A DNA stretch of 64,000 nucleotides from an uncultured Gemmatimonadota bacterium. Its GTDB lineage: Bacteria; JAAXHH01. Below the pieces are notes generated by a model that saw nothing but the letters and a program-made list of their open reading frames with translations, ran no database searches and had not been told where the DNA came from. Positions 1 to 9,398 of the stretch are shown here, piece after piece (the stretch's first letter is position 1; each line of letters opens with the position of its first letter). The translations under genes and the position numbers were made by a program. The stretch spans positions 3,680,001-3,744,000 of the forward strand of contig OX638340.1 in the NCBI GenBank assembly GCA_951812955.1, written 5' to 3'.

Positions 1-3000
1 TAGTAGGGCAGATCCCCCAGCGAGGCCGTGCCGATCGCCATGGGCAGCAGGCCCAGCATGGTGGTCAGCGCCGTCATCAGGATCGGCCGCAGGCGGTCGC
101 GCCCGGCCTGGATGATCAGTTCCCGCCCCTTGAGTCGCCCCTCTTTCTCCAGGTGTTTGATGTGGTCGATGAACACGATGGCGTTGTTGACCACCACCCC
201 AATCAGGATGACCACGCCAATGAGGGCGAGCACCGACATGCTGGTGCCGGTGGCCCACAGCATCCAGTAGCAACCGAAGTAGGCGAAGGGAATGGACACC
301 AGGACGATGATCAGGGGATCGATGTAGGATTCGAACAGCGATCCCAGGAGCAGGAGTACCGCGACCAGGGCCAGCATGGCGGCCAGCATCATGGTCTGGC
401 TGTCTTCTTCCAGCTGCTCCCACCGTTCTCCAAGCCGCCAGGAGTATCCCCGGGGCAGGGACAGGTCCGCGAGACTGCCGCTTATGCTGGTACCCAGGGT
501 CTCAATGCCTTCGGCGGTAGTGTTCGCGCGGACCATGAGGATGGTCTGGCTGTCCCGGCGATAGATCGCTCGGAAGGCCGGACTCTGTGAAAAGCCGGCC
601 ATGGTGGCCAACGGCAGTTGCGTTCCGTCGTCCAGGTAGACCGCCTGGTCCCGCAGCTGGTGGACGGTTTGCCGGTCTTCTTCGTCCGACTGCATCCAGA
701 CCCGGATCTCCCGGTCCGCGGTTTTCAACCGCTTCATTTCTTGTCCCCGGATGCCCGACAGCGCCATGGTGGAGATACGCTGGGGCGTGAGTCCGAACTT
801 GCCCGCCAGATCGCGGTCCACGGTGACTCTCAGCTCGTCCTGCGTGTCGTCATTGTCCAGGTCGGTGGTAACCGTCGTGATTTCCGGCAGAAGGCTCAAC
901 CGCGCCTTCACGTCCTCGGCGACCTGCTCAAGCAGCCTGGGGTCTTCGCCGCTCAGGGCGATGCTCACCCTCGGGTCCTCCTCGCCTTCTTCGCCCCATC
1001 GCCACTTTACGACACGCCCCGGGGCCTCGGGAATCGTTTCGCGCAGGATCTTCGCGACCTCTTCCGAAGAACGGTAGTCGCCCGCCCCGCCCTGGGTGCC
1101 AAGTATCAGCAGGATGGCCGCGTATAGCGCCGTGGCCGCGGCAATGGCCTGGAAGGCGTAGGGCTTTCTCCTCACGGCTACGAGCAGGCAACCGCAAACC
1201 GCGAGCGATGCCCATACCCAGGAGCGTTTCGCATTGTGGAACAGCCCCTCCCAGACGGAATCGTCCCGTTCGTTTTTGAGATAGACGTTGAACCACACCT
1301 GGCCGGCCCGGAAGTCCGTGCGAATGGCCGAGATGTTCAGCGAATCGGCCGCGGCCAGCCACTCGTTTTCCCGTTCGGTCACAAAGCGGCCCGTTTCGGC
1401 CAGATCGAGAAACGGACCGGGTTCGATGAACATCCATACCTGTCGCTGGTCCGTGGGCGTGTTGTCCAGGCTGACCTTATTCATGGGTACGAGCACGGTC
1501 AGGATGACGAATCCGGCCAGAATGAGCGCCGTGTCGATCCGATGGTTCAGCACCCAGCCGATCAGCCTGCTGTATCGCCGTTCCAAGGCATCCAGCAGAC
1601 CGATGTCAGGCAGGGAGCCGTCTTTCAGCAAACGGGACGCCAGCAGGGGAATGAAGGTCAGCGACATGACCAGGGAGGAAAACAGGGAGATGGTAATGAC
1701 CAATCCCAGTTCCCTCATCTGCGTTTGCGCCCCTCCGCCCCCGATGAAGAGCAGGGGAAGGAAAACGATCGCCGTGGTGAGCGTAGCCGCGCTGACGGCC
1801 ACGGAGACCTCGCGGGCACCCTGGATAGCCGCCTTTACAGGTTCCACGCCCTGGCGTCTGAGCCGGAGGATGTTCTCCAGGACTACCACGGCATTGTCCA
1901 CCAGCATGCCTATGCCGAGCATAAGGCCCATCAGGGAAACGAGGTTGAGCGAAAGGATCTGGTAACTCGTATTTATGAAATACATGGCCGTGAACGTGAC
2001 CAGGATGGACGCAGGGATGGACGCGGCGATGATGAAGGTGGTCCGGTACTTTCTCAGAAAGAAAAACAGCACGCCTATGGCGAACAATCCCCCCCACATC
2101 CCAGCGTTACCGAGCGCATTGAGCGAACTCAGGATCCACGTGGACTGCTGGAAGAAGACGTGGTAGGTCAGGCCGGGCCAGCGTGGGTCCCGGGTCAGAT
2201 CGTCCAGCGTTTCCCGGATGGCGGCCGTCACCTCCACGGTGTTCGCATTGGACTCCTTGCGGATGACCATGCCCACGGCGTCCTGGCCGTCGAGGCGGTA
2301 TCGCTGCCGGCTTGTGGGTTTACGGTAGGCCACTTCCGCGACGTCGTCGAGACGAAGGCCCCGGTCGTTAACAGGGAACGACCGGATGTCTTCCACGGAC
2401 TGGAACGCACCCGTGAGCCGAACCAGGTAGCGGAAGCCGCCGTCCTCCACATATCCCCCCGGAGAGTCCATGTTGGCCTGTTCCATGGCACCCAGAAACT
2501 CTTCGGGATTCACCCTGTAGGCCTTCAGCCGGTCTTCATCCATGTCGATGATCACCTGCCGGGCCTGCGATCCCCAGGTGTCTATACCGGCAATGCCGTC
2601 CAGGCGTTCGAGGCGGGGCCGAAGCTGTTCGTCGACTACCTGGAACAACGCGTCCTGGTCGCCGTGCCAGGACATGGCGAGCCACATGATCGGGATATCG
2701 GTACTGGAGAACTTCCTTACCCAGATACGGTCTATTTCATCGGGCAGCCGGGGCCGTACCCGCTCCACGCGGTCGCGGACCTCCACATAGGCCAGCTTCA
2801 TGTCGGTGTCGTAATCGAAGCGCAGGTCGACACTCACCCCGTTGGTCCTCGCGTCAGACTCGACGCGAATCAGTCCCCGGAGGGTCTTCAGTTCTCCCTC
2901 CAGGGGCCGGGCGATCAGCTGAACGTTGTCCTCGGGAGTGGAATTGGGATAGGGGACCCAGACGTTCATCCACGTTCCTTCGATCGCCGGGATGAACTCC

Positions 3001-3125
3001 AGGGGAAGCAGTCTGAAGGAGACCGCACCGAACAGGATTGCGCTGACCAGCACCATGAAGACCGTCACCGGCCTGCGGAATGCGAAGGCGGTCCAGTTAG
3101 CGGGTGTAAGGAATCGAAACATCAT
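1..3125 (-). CDS. RND efflux transporter permease (HAE1/MdtC-like), 3' end truncated by window edge
   Basis: Reverse-strand translation from ATG at 3125..3123 gives MMFRFLTPANWTAFAFRRPVTVFMVLVSAILFGAVSFRLLPLEFIPAIEG, an RND N-terminus. Reverse translation of positions ~100..1 gives RDRLRPILMTALTTMLGLLPMAIGTASLGDLPY, the conserved RND TM11 motif. The frame is the same throughout and no in-frame ORF fragments are listed on this strand, which is consistent with one uninterrupted ORF running off the edge. Confidence 0.8.
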   Translation of the reverse strand, partial: MMFRFLTPANWTAFAFRRPVTVFMVLVSAILFGAVSFRLLPLEFIPAIEGTWMNVWVPYPNSTPEDNVQLIARPLEGELKTLRGLIRVESDARTNGVSVDLRFDYDTDMKLAYVEVRDRVERVRPRLPDEIDRIWVRKFSSTDIPIMWLAMSWHGDQDALFQVVDEQLRPRLERLDGIAGIDTWGSQARQVIIDMDEDRLKAYRVNPEEFLGAMEQANMDSPGGYVEDGGFRYLVRLTGAFQSVEDIRSFPVNDRGLRLDDVAEVAYRKPTSRQRYRLDGQDAVGMVIRKESNANTVEVTAAIRETLDDLTRDPRWPGLTYHVFFQQSTWILSSLNALGNAGMWGGLFAIGVLFFFLRKYRTTFIIAASIPASILVTFTAMYFINTSYQILSLNLVSLMGLMLGIGMLVDNAVVVLENILRLRRQGVEPVKAAIQGAREVSVAVSAATLTTAIVFLPLLFIGGGGAQTQMRELGLVITISLFSSLVMSLTFIPLLASRLLKDGSLPDIGLLDALERRYSRLIGWVLNHRIDTALILAGFVILTVLVPMNKVSLDNTPTDQRQVWMFIEPGPFLDLAETGRFVTERENEWLAAADSLNISAIRTDFRAGQVWFNVYLKNERDDSVWEGLFHNAKRSWVWASLAVCGCLLVAVRRKPYAFQAIAAATALYAAILLILGTQGGAGDYRSSEEVAKILRETIPEAPGRVVKWRWGEEGEEDPRVSIALSGEDPRLLEQVAEDVKARLSLLPEITTVTTDLDNDDTQDELRVTVDRDLAGKFGLTPQRISTMALSGIRGQEMKRLKTADREIRVWMQSDEEDRQTVHQLRDQAVYLDDGTQLPLATMAGFSQSPAFRAIYRRDSQTILMVRANTTAEGIETLGTSISGSLADLSLPRGYSWRLGERWEQLEEDSQTMMLAAMLALVAVLLLLGSLFESYIDPLIIVLVSIPFAYFGCYWMLWATGTSMSVLALIGVVILIGVVVNNAIVFIDHIKHLEKEGRLKGRELIIQAGRDRLRPILMTALTTMLGLLPMAIGTASLGDLPY

Positions 3126-3167
3126 CACCCCGGTGATTCGGATCTACAATAATTGGATACCAGTTCT

Positions 3168-6100
3168 TCACGCGTTCACATCAGGTTTTCGATCCAGCAG
3201 CGTATAAACGACAGGTATTACAATCAGGGTAAGCACAGTGGATGAAATCAGTCCCGCGATCACGGTGATGGCGAGCGGCGTACGGATTTCGGCGCCTTCG
3301 CCTATGCCCAGTGCGAGGGGCAGCAACCCCAGGACGGTCGTGGCGGTCGTCATCATAATAGGGCGAAGTCGTACTCTTCCTGCCGTAATGACGGCATTGA
3401 TCCGGTCTTCGCCTCTTCGCCGCAACCGATTGATGTAGTCCACCAGTACAATCGCGTTGTTCACCACGATGCCCGCGAGCATGATAATGCCGATCAGGAC
3501 CACGACGCTGATCGTGATGTCGAGCAGATAAAGGGCTACCAGCACGCCGGAAAGGGCGAGCAGAAAGGAGAACATGACGATGAAGGGATGTATCAGCGAC
3601 TCGAACTGGGAAGCCATGACCAGGTAAACCAGGAAAACGGCCATGGCAATGGCGAGCAGCATGCTGCGCGACGCAGTGTTCATCTCCCGGTATTGGCCGC
3701 CAAGGTCGATATTGAAGTCAGCGGGTAACGGGAGCCCGGCCAGCCTGTCCTGGATGCCCCGCGCCACGCTCCCCAGGTCGATTCCCGTCAGATTGGCCGT
3801 TACGAGCGCCACGCGCTGCTGGTCTATGCGCCGGATCTCGCTCGGTCCCTCGTCCAGATGCACCTGCGCCACGGCGCTGAGCGGCACGGCGCCGCGTTCA
3901 GCAGCTGGCTGCGAGGACCGGTCATTCGACGATTCGGGATCCTCCCCGAAGGCATTCTGGTCCGCCATGTCTTCCGTATTCGTGTTTCCGCGACTGCGGG
4001 CGTTGACGGCCAGAGCCTTTAACTGGGCGATCTCCGTTCGATCTTCCTCCCGTGCGCGGACGAGGATATCGATCTTTCGGTCTCCCGCGGAAAACCGGGT
4101 GGCGACGCTTCCGCGGACCTTGTTCCTGATCGCGTCGGCCGCCTGGCCGATATCCACGCCCAGGGCCGCCATGCGGTCGCGATCGAAGACGACCACGACT
4201 TCCGGATGCCCGGCCTCCATCAGGGATCGGGCGTCCCTGAGGCCTTCCAGGTCTTCGAGGGATTCGACGACTTGACCGCTGACGGAACGGAGATCCCTCA
4301 GGTTGTAGCCCCGGATTTCTACCTCCAGCGGCGTCTTGAAGCTAAACAGTGCGGGGCGGACAAACTCCATCCGGACCTCGGGTATGTCCGCCAGGCGGGA
4401 CCTGAGCCGCTCCATGACGTCGTCGCTTCCCTGCTGCCTCACCGACTCCTGCCGGAGCATCACGGCCACCCGGGCGATATTCTCCCGTTCTTCCTCGACG
4501 AGCGTGCCGCCCGATTCCACCGCGCCTACCACGACATAGACTTGCTCGATGGCCGGGTCGTCCCGGATCAGGGTTTCTATCCGTGTCGCAGTCGTGTCGG
4601 TGGTGGCCAGCGGCGTGCCCGATGGCAGGATGAGGTCGACGGCAAACTCACCCTGTTCCAGTTCAGGAATCAGCTCGGTCCCCAAACGCGGAACCAGTAC
4701 CGCCGAGGTTGCTACGATCCCCGCAACGAAGAGCATGGTGACAAACCGGTGTTCCAACGCGCGGGAGAGCACCATTACATAGATATCCTGGCATTTCGAG
4801 ATCGCGAGGTTGAACAGGTTCAGAACCGGGTGGACGATTTTGCCCAGCAGCCAGAATACGGCGCGAACCAGCAACCACACCGGGGTCAGGACCAGCGCCA
4901 GCACGTTGGGTACGACCGTAAAGAGAATCTTGAACAAGCTGCCGACCAGGAACCGGATCAGCCGGAAGAAGGGCAGTATGAAGCGAAAGGCGAACACGGC
5001 GATCCATCGCGGGACCCGCCCGGCGGCCGACAGCAGCCATCGGATCCGGCCTTCATGCCCGATCGTGTCGCGGCCCTGAACCACGCAACCTTTCAGCCAG
5101 CGCCATACCAGCACGAAGAAACGGCCGGCGAGATACACCGGGTAGAAAACGATCCAGTTTGCCCGGGAAGGTCCATCATCCTTGCGCGTTCTGAATCTGC
5201 GGGCGGTCTCCCCGAACCACGTGAGACCGGGAAAAGTTCCAATGAACCAGGCTCCTGTGTCCTTCCGCGCCTTCCGGGGGAACCAGCGCCAGGCGCGGCC
5301 CCGTTCCTCCGGCGCGGACCGCCGGTAGTCCCGGTACGCGGCCTGTATCCAGAGACCGGCTCCCGCCGCGCCGCCGGTACCGCCTTCCCGGGAGGCCATC
5401 ATGGGTATGAACGTCAGTGCCACGGCGAGCGAGGCCAGCAGGGCGAAGGTGACGGTCAGAGCCTGGTCTGTGAAGATCTGGCCGGCGACCCCTTCGATGA
5501 ACACGATGGGGAAAAACACGGCAATTGTCGTGAGGGTCGAAGCGGTCACAGCCATGCCTACTTCCGACGCCCCGCGGCGGGCCGATTCGACGATGGAGTC
5601 CCCCTCCTCCCGGCACCGGAATATGCTTTCTAGCACGACGATGGCGTTGTCGACGAGCATGCCGATGCCCAGGGCCAGTCCGCCGAGCGACATGATGTTG
5701 AGCGTGGTGTCGCTGAAGAACATCAGGATGAAAGTGATCAACACCGATACGGGAATGGCCACGCCCACGATGAGCGTGCTCTTCAGGTTGCGCAGGAACA
5801 GGAAGAGGACCAGGATCGCCAGCACGCCGCCCCACTGGGCGGTATTGATCACTTCGTCGATGGCGTTTTCGATGAAACGGGACTGATCGGATATGATGTA
5901 CAACGAGACGCCTTCCGGCAGCGTCGAAACGATGGTGCGTCTTTCGTCTGCAACAGGCGGTCCGGTGGTTTCCGTCCCATCCGTGGCTGCATTCTCATTT
6001 CCGCCGCCATCTGCGGGACCCGCTTCATCGGCATCCCCCTCCTCTCCACTTCTGGTCCCGATGTCGCCAAGGCGCTCCTTGATCGCGCGGGCGACCGTCA

Positions 6101-6965
6101 CCGTATTCGCGTCGGCCTCCTTGAACAGGGCGATTTCCACGCTCTCCTGCCCGTTGATCCGGGTAACGGTCTTCCTTTCCTTATAGTGGCGCCGCACCGT
6201 CGCAAGGTCGTTCAGCCGGACAGGTACCTCGCCCCGGCCGGAGATGATGATTCCGCCGATTTCTTCAACCGACTGGAATTCGTTGACCGCGCGAACGATC
6301 AATTCCTCGTCGCCTTCCCGGAGTCGTCCGCCGGCCTGGTTGATGTTTTCGGCGGCTAGCCGGCTGTTGATGTTTTCGAAGGTGAGTCCCAGCCGCGTCA
6401 ACTGCGCTTCGTTGATCTCCACCTGTATTTCCTCGATCAGGCCCCCCTTCATGCGCACCGAGGCCACCCCGGGGATCGTCTCCAGTTCCCTGCGGATTTC
6501 CCAGTCCGCCAGGTTACGGAGCATGATCAGGTCTTCGCCGGACAGGCCGAGGCGCATGATCGGGTCGAGTTCGGGGTTGTATCGGAGCAGCAGCGGCCTT
6601 TCGGCGTCCTCTGGCAGGAAAACCCGGTCCACCCGCTCTCGGACGTCCATGACCGCGAGGTTCATATCCGCATCCCAGTCGAATTCCAGCACCACGTCGG
6701 AGATGCCGGCGCGTGAAATGGAGCTGACTTCGACCAGTCCGTTGATGACGCCTACGGCTTCCTCGATACGCCGGGAAATGAGGTTCTCGATCTCTTCAGG
6801 TGCGGCGCCTTCGTACTCGGTCCGTACGGTCAGCGAAGGATAGGAAATGTCGGGCAGCAGATTTACCGCGAGGCGGCCGAAGGAGACGTAGCCGAAAATC
6901 AGCGCCGCCAGCACCAGCATGGTGACGGTGACCGGCCTGCGGATGGCGAAGTCGACGATGGTCAT
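3168..6965 (-). CDS. RND efflux transporter permease (AcrB/MdtB-like), 1265 aa with ~200-aa insertion
   Basis: N-terminus MTIVDFAIRRPVTVTMLVLAALIFGYVSFGRLAVNLLPDISYPSLTVRTEYEGAAPEEIE and C-terminal RLRPIMMTTATTVLGLLPLALG are canonical RND motifs. It is ~200 aa longer than AcrB because of a hydrophobic/basic insertion mid-protein plus an acidic Gly-rich loop (GEEGDADEAGPADGGGNENAATDGTETTG). Confidence 0.9.
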   Translation of the reverse strand: MTIVDFAIRRPVTVTMLVLAALIFGYVSFGRLAVNLLPDISYPSLTVRTEYEGAAPEEIENLISRRIEEAVGVINGLVEVSSISRAGISDVVLEFDWDADMNLAVMDVRERVDRVFLPEDAERPLLLRYNPELDPIMRLGLSGEDLIMLRNLADWEIRRELETIPGVASVRMKGGLIEEIQVEINEAQLTRLGLTFENINSRLAAENINQAGGRLREGDEELIVRAVNEFQSVEEIGGIIISGRGEVPVRLNDLATVRRHYKERKTVTRINGQESVEIALFKEADANTVTVARAIKERLGDIGTRSGEEGDADEAGPADGGGNENAATDGTETTGPPVADERRTIVSTLPEGVSLYIISDQSRFIENAIDEVINTAQWGGVLAILVLFLFLRNLKSTLIVGVAIPVSVLITFILMFFSDTTLNIMSLGGLALGIGMLVDNAIVVLESIFRCREEGDSIVESARRGASEVGMAVTASTLTTIAVFFPIVFIEGVAGQIFTDQALTVTFALLASLAVALTFIPMMASREGGTGGAAGAGLWIQAAYRDYRRSAPEERGRAWRWFPRKARKDTGAWFIGTFPGLTWFGETARRFRTRKDDGPSRANWIVFYPVYLAGRFFVLVWRWLKGCVVQGRDTIGHEGRIRWLLSAAGRVPRWIAVFAFRFILPFFRLIRFLVGSLFKILFTVVPNVLALVLTPVWLLVRAVFWLLGKIVHPVLNLFNLAISKCQDIYVMVLSRALEHRFVTMLFVAGIVATSAVLVPRLGTELIPELEQGEFAVDLILPSGTPLATTDTTATRIETLIRDDPAIEQVYVVVGAVESGGTLVEEERENIARVAVMLRQESVRQQGSDDVMERLRSRLADIPEVRMEFVRPALFSFKTPLEVEIRGYNLRDLRSVSGQVVESLEDLEGLRDARSLMEAGHPEVVVVFDRDRMAALGVDIGQAADAIRNKVRGSVATRFSAGDRKIDILVRAREEDRTEIAQLKALAVNARSRGNTNTEDMADQNAFGEDPESSNDRSSQPAAERGAVPLSAVAQVHLDEGPSEIRRIDQQRVALVTANLTGIDLGSVARGIQDRLAGLPLPADFNIDLGGQYREMNTASRSMLLAIAMAVFLVYLVMASQFESLIHPFIVMFSFLLALSGVLVALYLLDITISVVVLIGIIMLAGIVVNNAIVLVDYINRLRRRGEDRINAVITAGRVRLRPIMMTTATTVLGLLPLALGIGEGAEIRTPLAITVIAGLISSTVLTLIVIPVVYTLLDRKPDVNA

Positions 6966-6983
6966 GGAGGGTGTTTCCGAGAA

Positions 6984-8105
6984 TCAGGGCGTTACGATCT
7001 TGACCCGCGTGCTGTCCTTCATGCTTCGGTGCCCGGCGATGACGATCCGGTCACCGGGATTCAGCCCTTCTTCAATCTCTACGAAATCGGCGTCCTGCAA
7101 GCCCAGGCTGAGTTCGGCGCGGACCGCCAGGCTGTCGTCCACCACGGTAAAGACGTTGTTGTCGTCCAGCAAGGCGATCTTGGGAATCAGCAGGACGTCC
7201 ATGTGCTGGTCGGCGAGTATCTTGACGCGGACGAACATGCCGGGTTTCAAACGCCAGCCGGGGTCGTTAATCCGAATCGTTACCTTGAAGGTGCCGTTCT
7301 GCGGGTTGATGATGGGACTTACGCGGAAGATCTTCCCTCCGAATTCACCGTCGGGAAGGGTATCGGTTTCAAGCACGACGTCCTGGCCCGCGGACACGTG
7401 GGCCCACTCCATCTCAGGCAGGTACGTGTAAATCAGCAGGGTGTTCAGATCCACCAGGGTGAAGAGGGCGTCGCCCGTCCTGGCCATGTTGCCCACATTG
7501 AGATGCCGTTCGGTTATCGTGCCGCTGAAAGGAGCCTTGATAGTGGTTTTGTCGTACGACACCTTGGCGGACTCCCAGTCCGCCTGGGCCATGATGTACT
7601 CACGTTCCTTGCCTTCGTGGTCCACTTCGCTGATGAGCTCGCCTTCCAGCAGGGCGACAGACCGGTCGAACTCCTGCTTCCGAGCCTGTCTGATCGCCTC
7701 CGCCCGTGCCAGGGCGACTTCTTCCTCGGCATGTTCCAGGACGGCCAGCGTCTGGCCCTGCTTAACGTGGTCCCCCTCCTGAACCAGGATATTCTCGATC
7801 ATCGCGGTGGTTCGCGGGAATATGCGGGCGTCGCGGTCCGCTTCCACCGTGGCGGTCGTCAGGATGACGTCGGAAATGGTACCCAGGGAAGCGGAAATCA
7901 CGTTCACGGGGACGGGGGGCGGAGCGGTGGAATCCGCCTCGGCCTCGCCTTTCTTGCCTTCGTCCGGGCTATCACCCGTGCCGGAACTGGCGTCGCCGCA
8001 TCCGGAAGCGACGAAGGCCGCGAAGATCACAAGGAGGAACAGCCGGTGTAACTTCATTCCGCTAAGACTGGATCGCATCTGCCTCATTTTCGCTCCCTGT
8101 AACAA
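6984..8105 (-). CDS. Efflux RND periplasmic adaptor (membrane fusion protein, HlyD/AcrA family)
   Basis: Lipoprotein-like N-terminus (LLVIFAAFVASGCGD). Lipoyl/beta-barrel MFP signature (IFPRTTAMIENILVQEGDHVKQGQTLAVLE). Sits immediately upstream of two RND genes on the same strand. Confidence 0.85.
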   Translation of the reverse strand: MLQGAKMRQMRSSLSGMKLHRLFLLVIFAAFVASGCGDASSGTGDSPDEGKKGEAEADSTAPPPVPVNVISASLGTISDVILTTATVEADRDARIFPRTTAMIENILVQEGDHVKQGQTLAVLEHAEEEVALARAEAIRQARKQEFDRSVALLEGELISEVDHEGKEREYIMAQADWESAKVSYDKTTIKAPFSGTITERHLNVGNMARTGDALFTLVDLNTLLIYTYLPEMEWAHVSAGQDVVLETDTLPDGEFGGKIFRVSPIINPQNGTFKVTIRINDPGWRLKPGMFVRVKILADQHMDVLLIPKIALLDDNNVFTVVDDSLAVRAELSLGLQDADFVEIEEGLNPGDRIVIAGHRSMKDSTRVKIVTP

Positions 8106-8118
8106 CCTGAATCGACCT

Positions 8119-8176
8119 CTTGAATTATACGCGAGTCACGTATTGTATACATCATTTAATGACTTCAATTCAAAGG
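8119..8176. promoter_or_regulatory. Composite concentric palindrome in AT-rich region upstream of efflux operon (candidate operator)
   Basis: ttgaatt(8120-8126)...gtca(8135-8138)...tgtataca(8144-8151)...tgac(8160-8163)...aattcaa(8168-8174). All symmetry centres fall at ~8147-8149. This is a locally AT-rich island in a 65% GC genome, ~20-80 bp upstream of the MFP start. Confidence 0.35.
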
Positions 8177-8476
8177 AAGTTCCCGTTAAACTGTACGTAA
8201 GACTTCCGAATGTGGAGTTAAGTTACAGAAAGTTCGGACTTAAACTGTCTGCGCTCCGGATTACGCCGCATGTTGTTGGACGGACGGTGTCTTTTTCCGG
8301 TTTACGCTACGGCCAGCCGAGATTCGAAGTACAGGTCCATTACCCGGCGACCGCTGGCGACCTCGGCAGGAACAGCGATGGGGGCGTCGGAAACGTACTC
8401 GCTGGAGTATCAATTCCCGTGGGCAGGCAGGGAAAGAAAAACGCCATCGTCAAGCGCGGCTGAAACGGCACTACCC

Positions 8477-9316
8477 TCATCCGGCCGCCGCCAGCAACCG
8501 CTCCATGTTACCGCCCAGGACGAGGTCCATATCCGCCTTTGCAATGAATGAACAGTGCGTTCGGACGGCTTCCAGCGAATGCTGATAGGTGCTCGCCCGC
8601 GCGACCGGCGGGTAGTTGGACGCCCAGCACATGCGTTCCGGGCCGTAAGCCTCATAGAGCTTGCGTACGATCCACATGCAGTCCGAATAGGGATATTCCC
8701 ACGCGGTCTCCGAGGTGTATTGAAAGCCGGACAGCTTGATGTGGATATTGGGTACGTCAGCGGAGTTCAAAACCTCCTGGAGCAACGGACGCGGCGGAGG
8801 TTCTCCGACCTTCAAACTGGCCATGTGATGGCATAGGAAAGGTACCGTCGGAAACCGGCGCGCGAGCTTTCGCAGGGCGGGCATCCAGGCCGGACTTAGA
8901 GCCAGGGACGCGATCTGGTTGAGTTCGGCAGCTTGCTCGAAAAACGCGAGTCCTTCACTGGATTCGAACCAGTCAAAGTCGTCCCGGAGATAGTGGGTAA
9001 ATCCCTTCAACCGGTATTTTTCGACGGCCTCCGCAAGCCTTCCCGCACCCCCCGGTGTATGGTAGGTGTCGGTCCAGCCGCAGTCCACGTCGGCGAACTG
9101 GACGAACCGGTCCGGGTACCGGCGGACGCAATCCGCCCCGTAGTCGTTGTTCCCGGGATTGTGTTCGATCCGGGCGCAGACCAGCACCGCCTTGTCCACC
9201 CCCACCGTGTCCATTTCATAAAGCAGCATCTCCGCCCGGCCCCGGTTCTCCGGATCCGGGACTGCCGGTTCGTAGGGCCAGAAGTCCCATGCATGGGAAT
9301 GACAGTCGATGATCAT
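8477..9316 (-). CDS. Amidohydrolase-2 family metal-dependent hydrolase (TIM barrel)
   Basis: N-terminal IDCHSHAW motif and overall amidohydrolase_2 (PF04909-like) pattern, 279 aa. Confidence 0.7.
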   Translation of the reverse strand: MIIDCHSHAWDFWPYEPAVPDPENRGRAEMLLYEMDTVGVDKAVLVCARIEHNPGNNDYGADCVRRYPDRFVQFADVDCGWTDTYHTPGGAGRLAEAVEKYRLKGFTHYLRDDFDWFESSEGLAFFEQAAELNQIASLALSPAWMPALRKLARRFPTVPFLCHHMASLKVGEPPPRPLLQEVLNSADVPNIHIKLSGFQYTSETAWEYPYSDCMWIVRKLYEAYGPERMCWASNYPPVARASTYQHSLEAVRTHCSFIAKADMDLVLGGNMERLLAAAG

Positions 9317-9398
9317 GGTTGTATTCTCCTTTGTTCAGGTACGCGCCAAGGGTTTCTGTTGCTTCTGTTCGGGTTTCCGTGGCCGGGGATATCCGTAT

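Noticed and set aside
1236-3152. 638-aa ORF on + strand (plus 153..590, 618..1127 and 1288..1965)
   Set aside because: Rejected as a shadow ORF. It lies antisense to the RND-1 pump gene and its translation is low-complexity and R/G/D/E/H-rich with no recognisable domain. The minus-strand frame has clear RND N- and C-terminal motifs.
4206-5633. 475-aa + strand ORF and 5176..5835 (-) / 5401..5886 (+) ORFs inside RND-2
   Set aside because: Rejected as GC-driven alternative-frame or antisense shadows of the 1265-aa RND gene. Composition is extreme (R/G/P/H/D-rich) and there are no domains.
7029-8051. 340-aa + strand ORF antisense to the membrane fusion protein gene
   Set aside because: Rejected as a shadow ORF. 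The MFP reading frame has a lipoprotein signal and lipoyl/β-barrel motifs; this frame has none.
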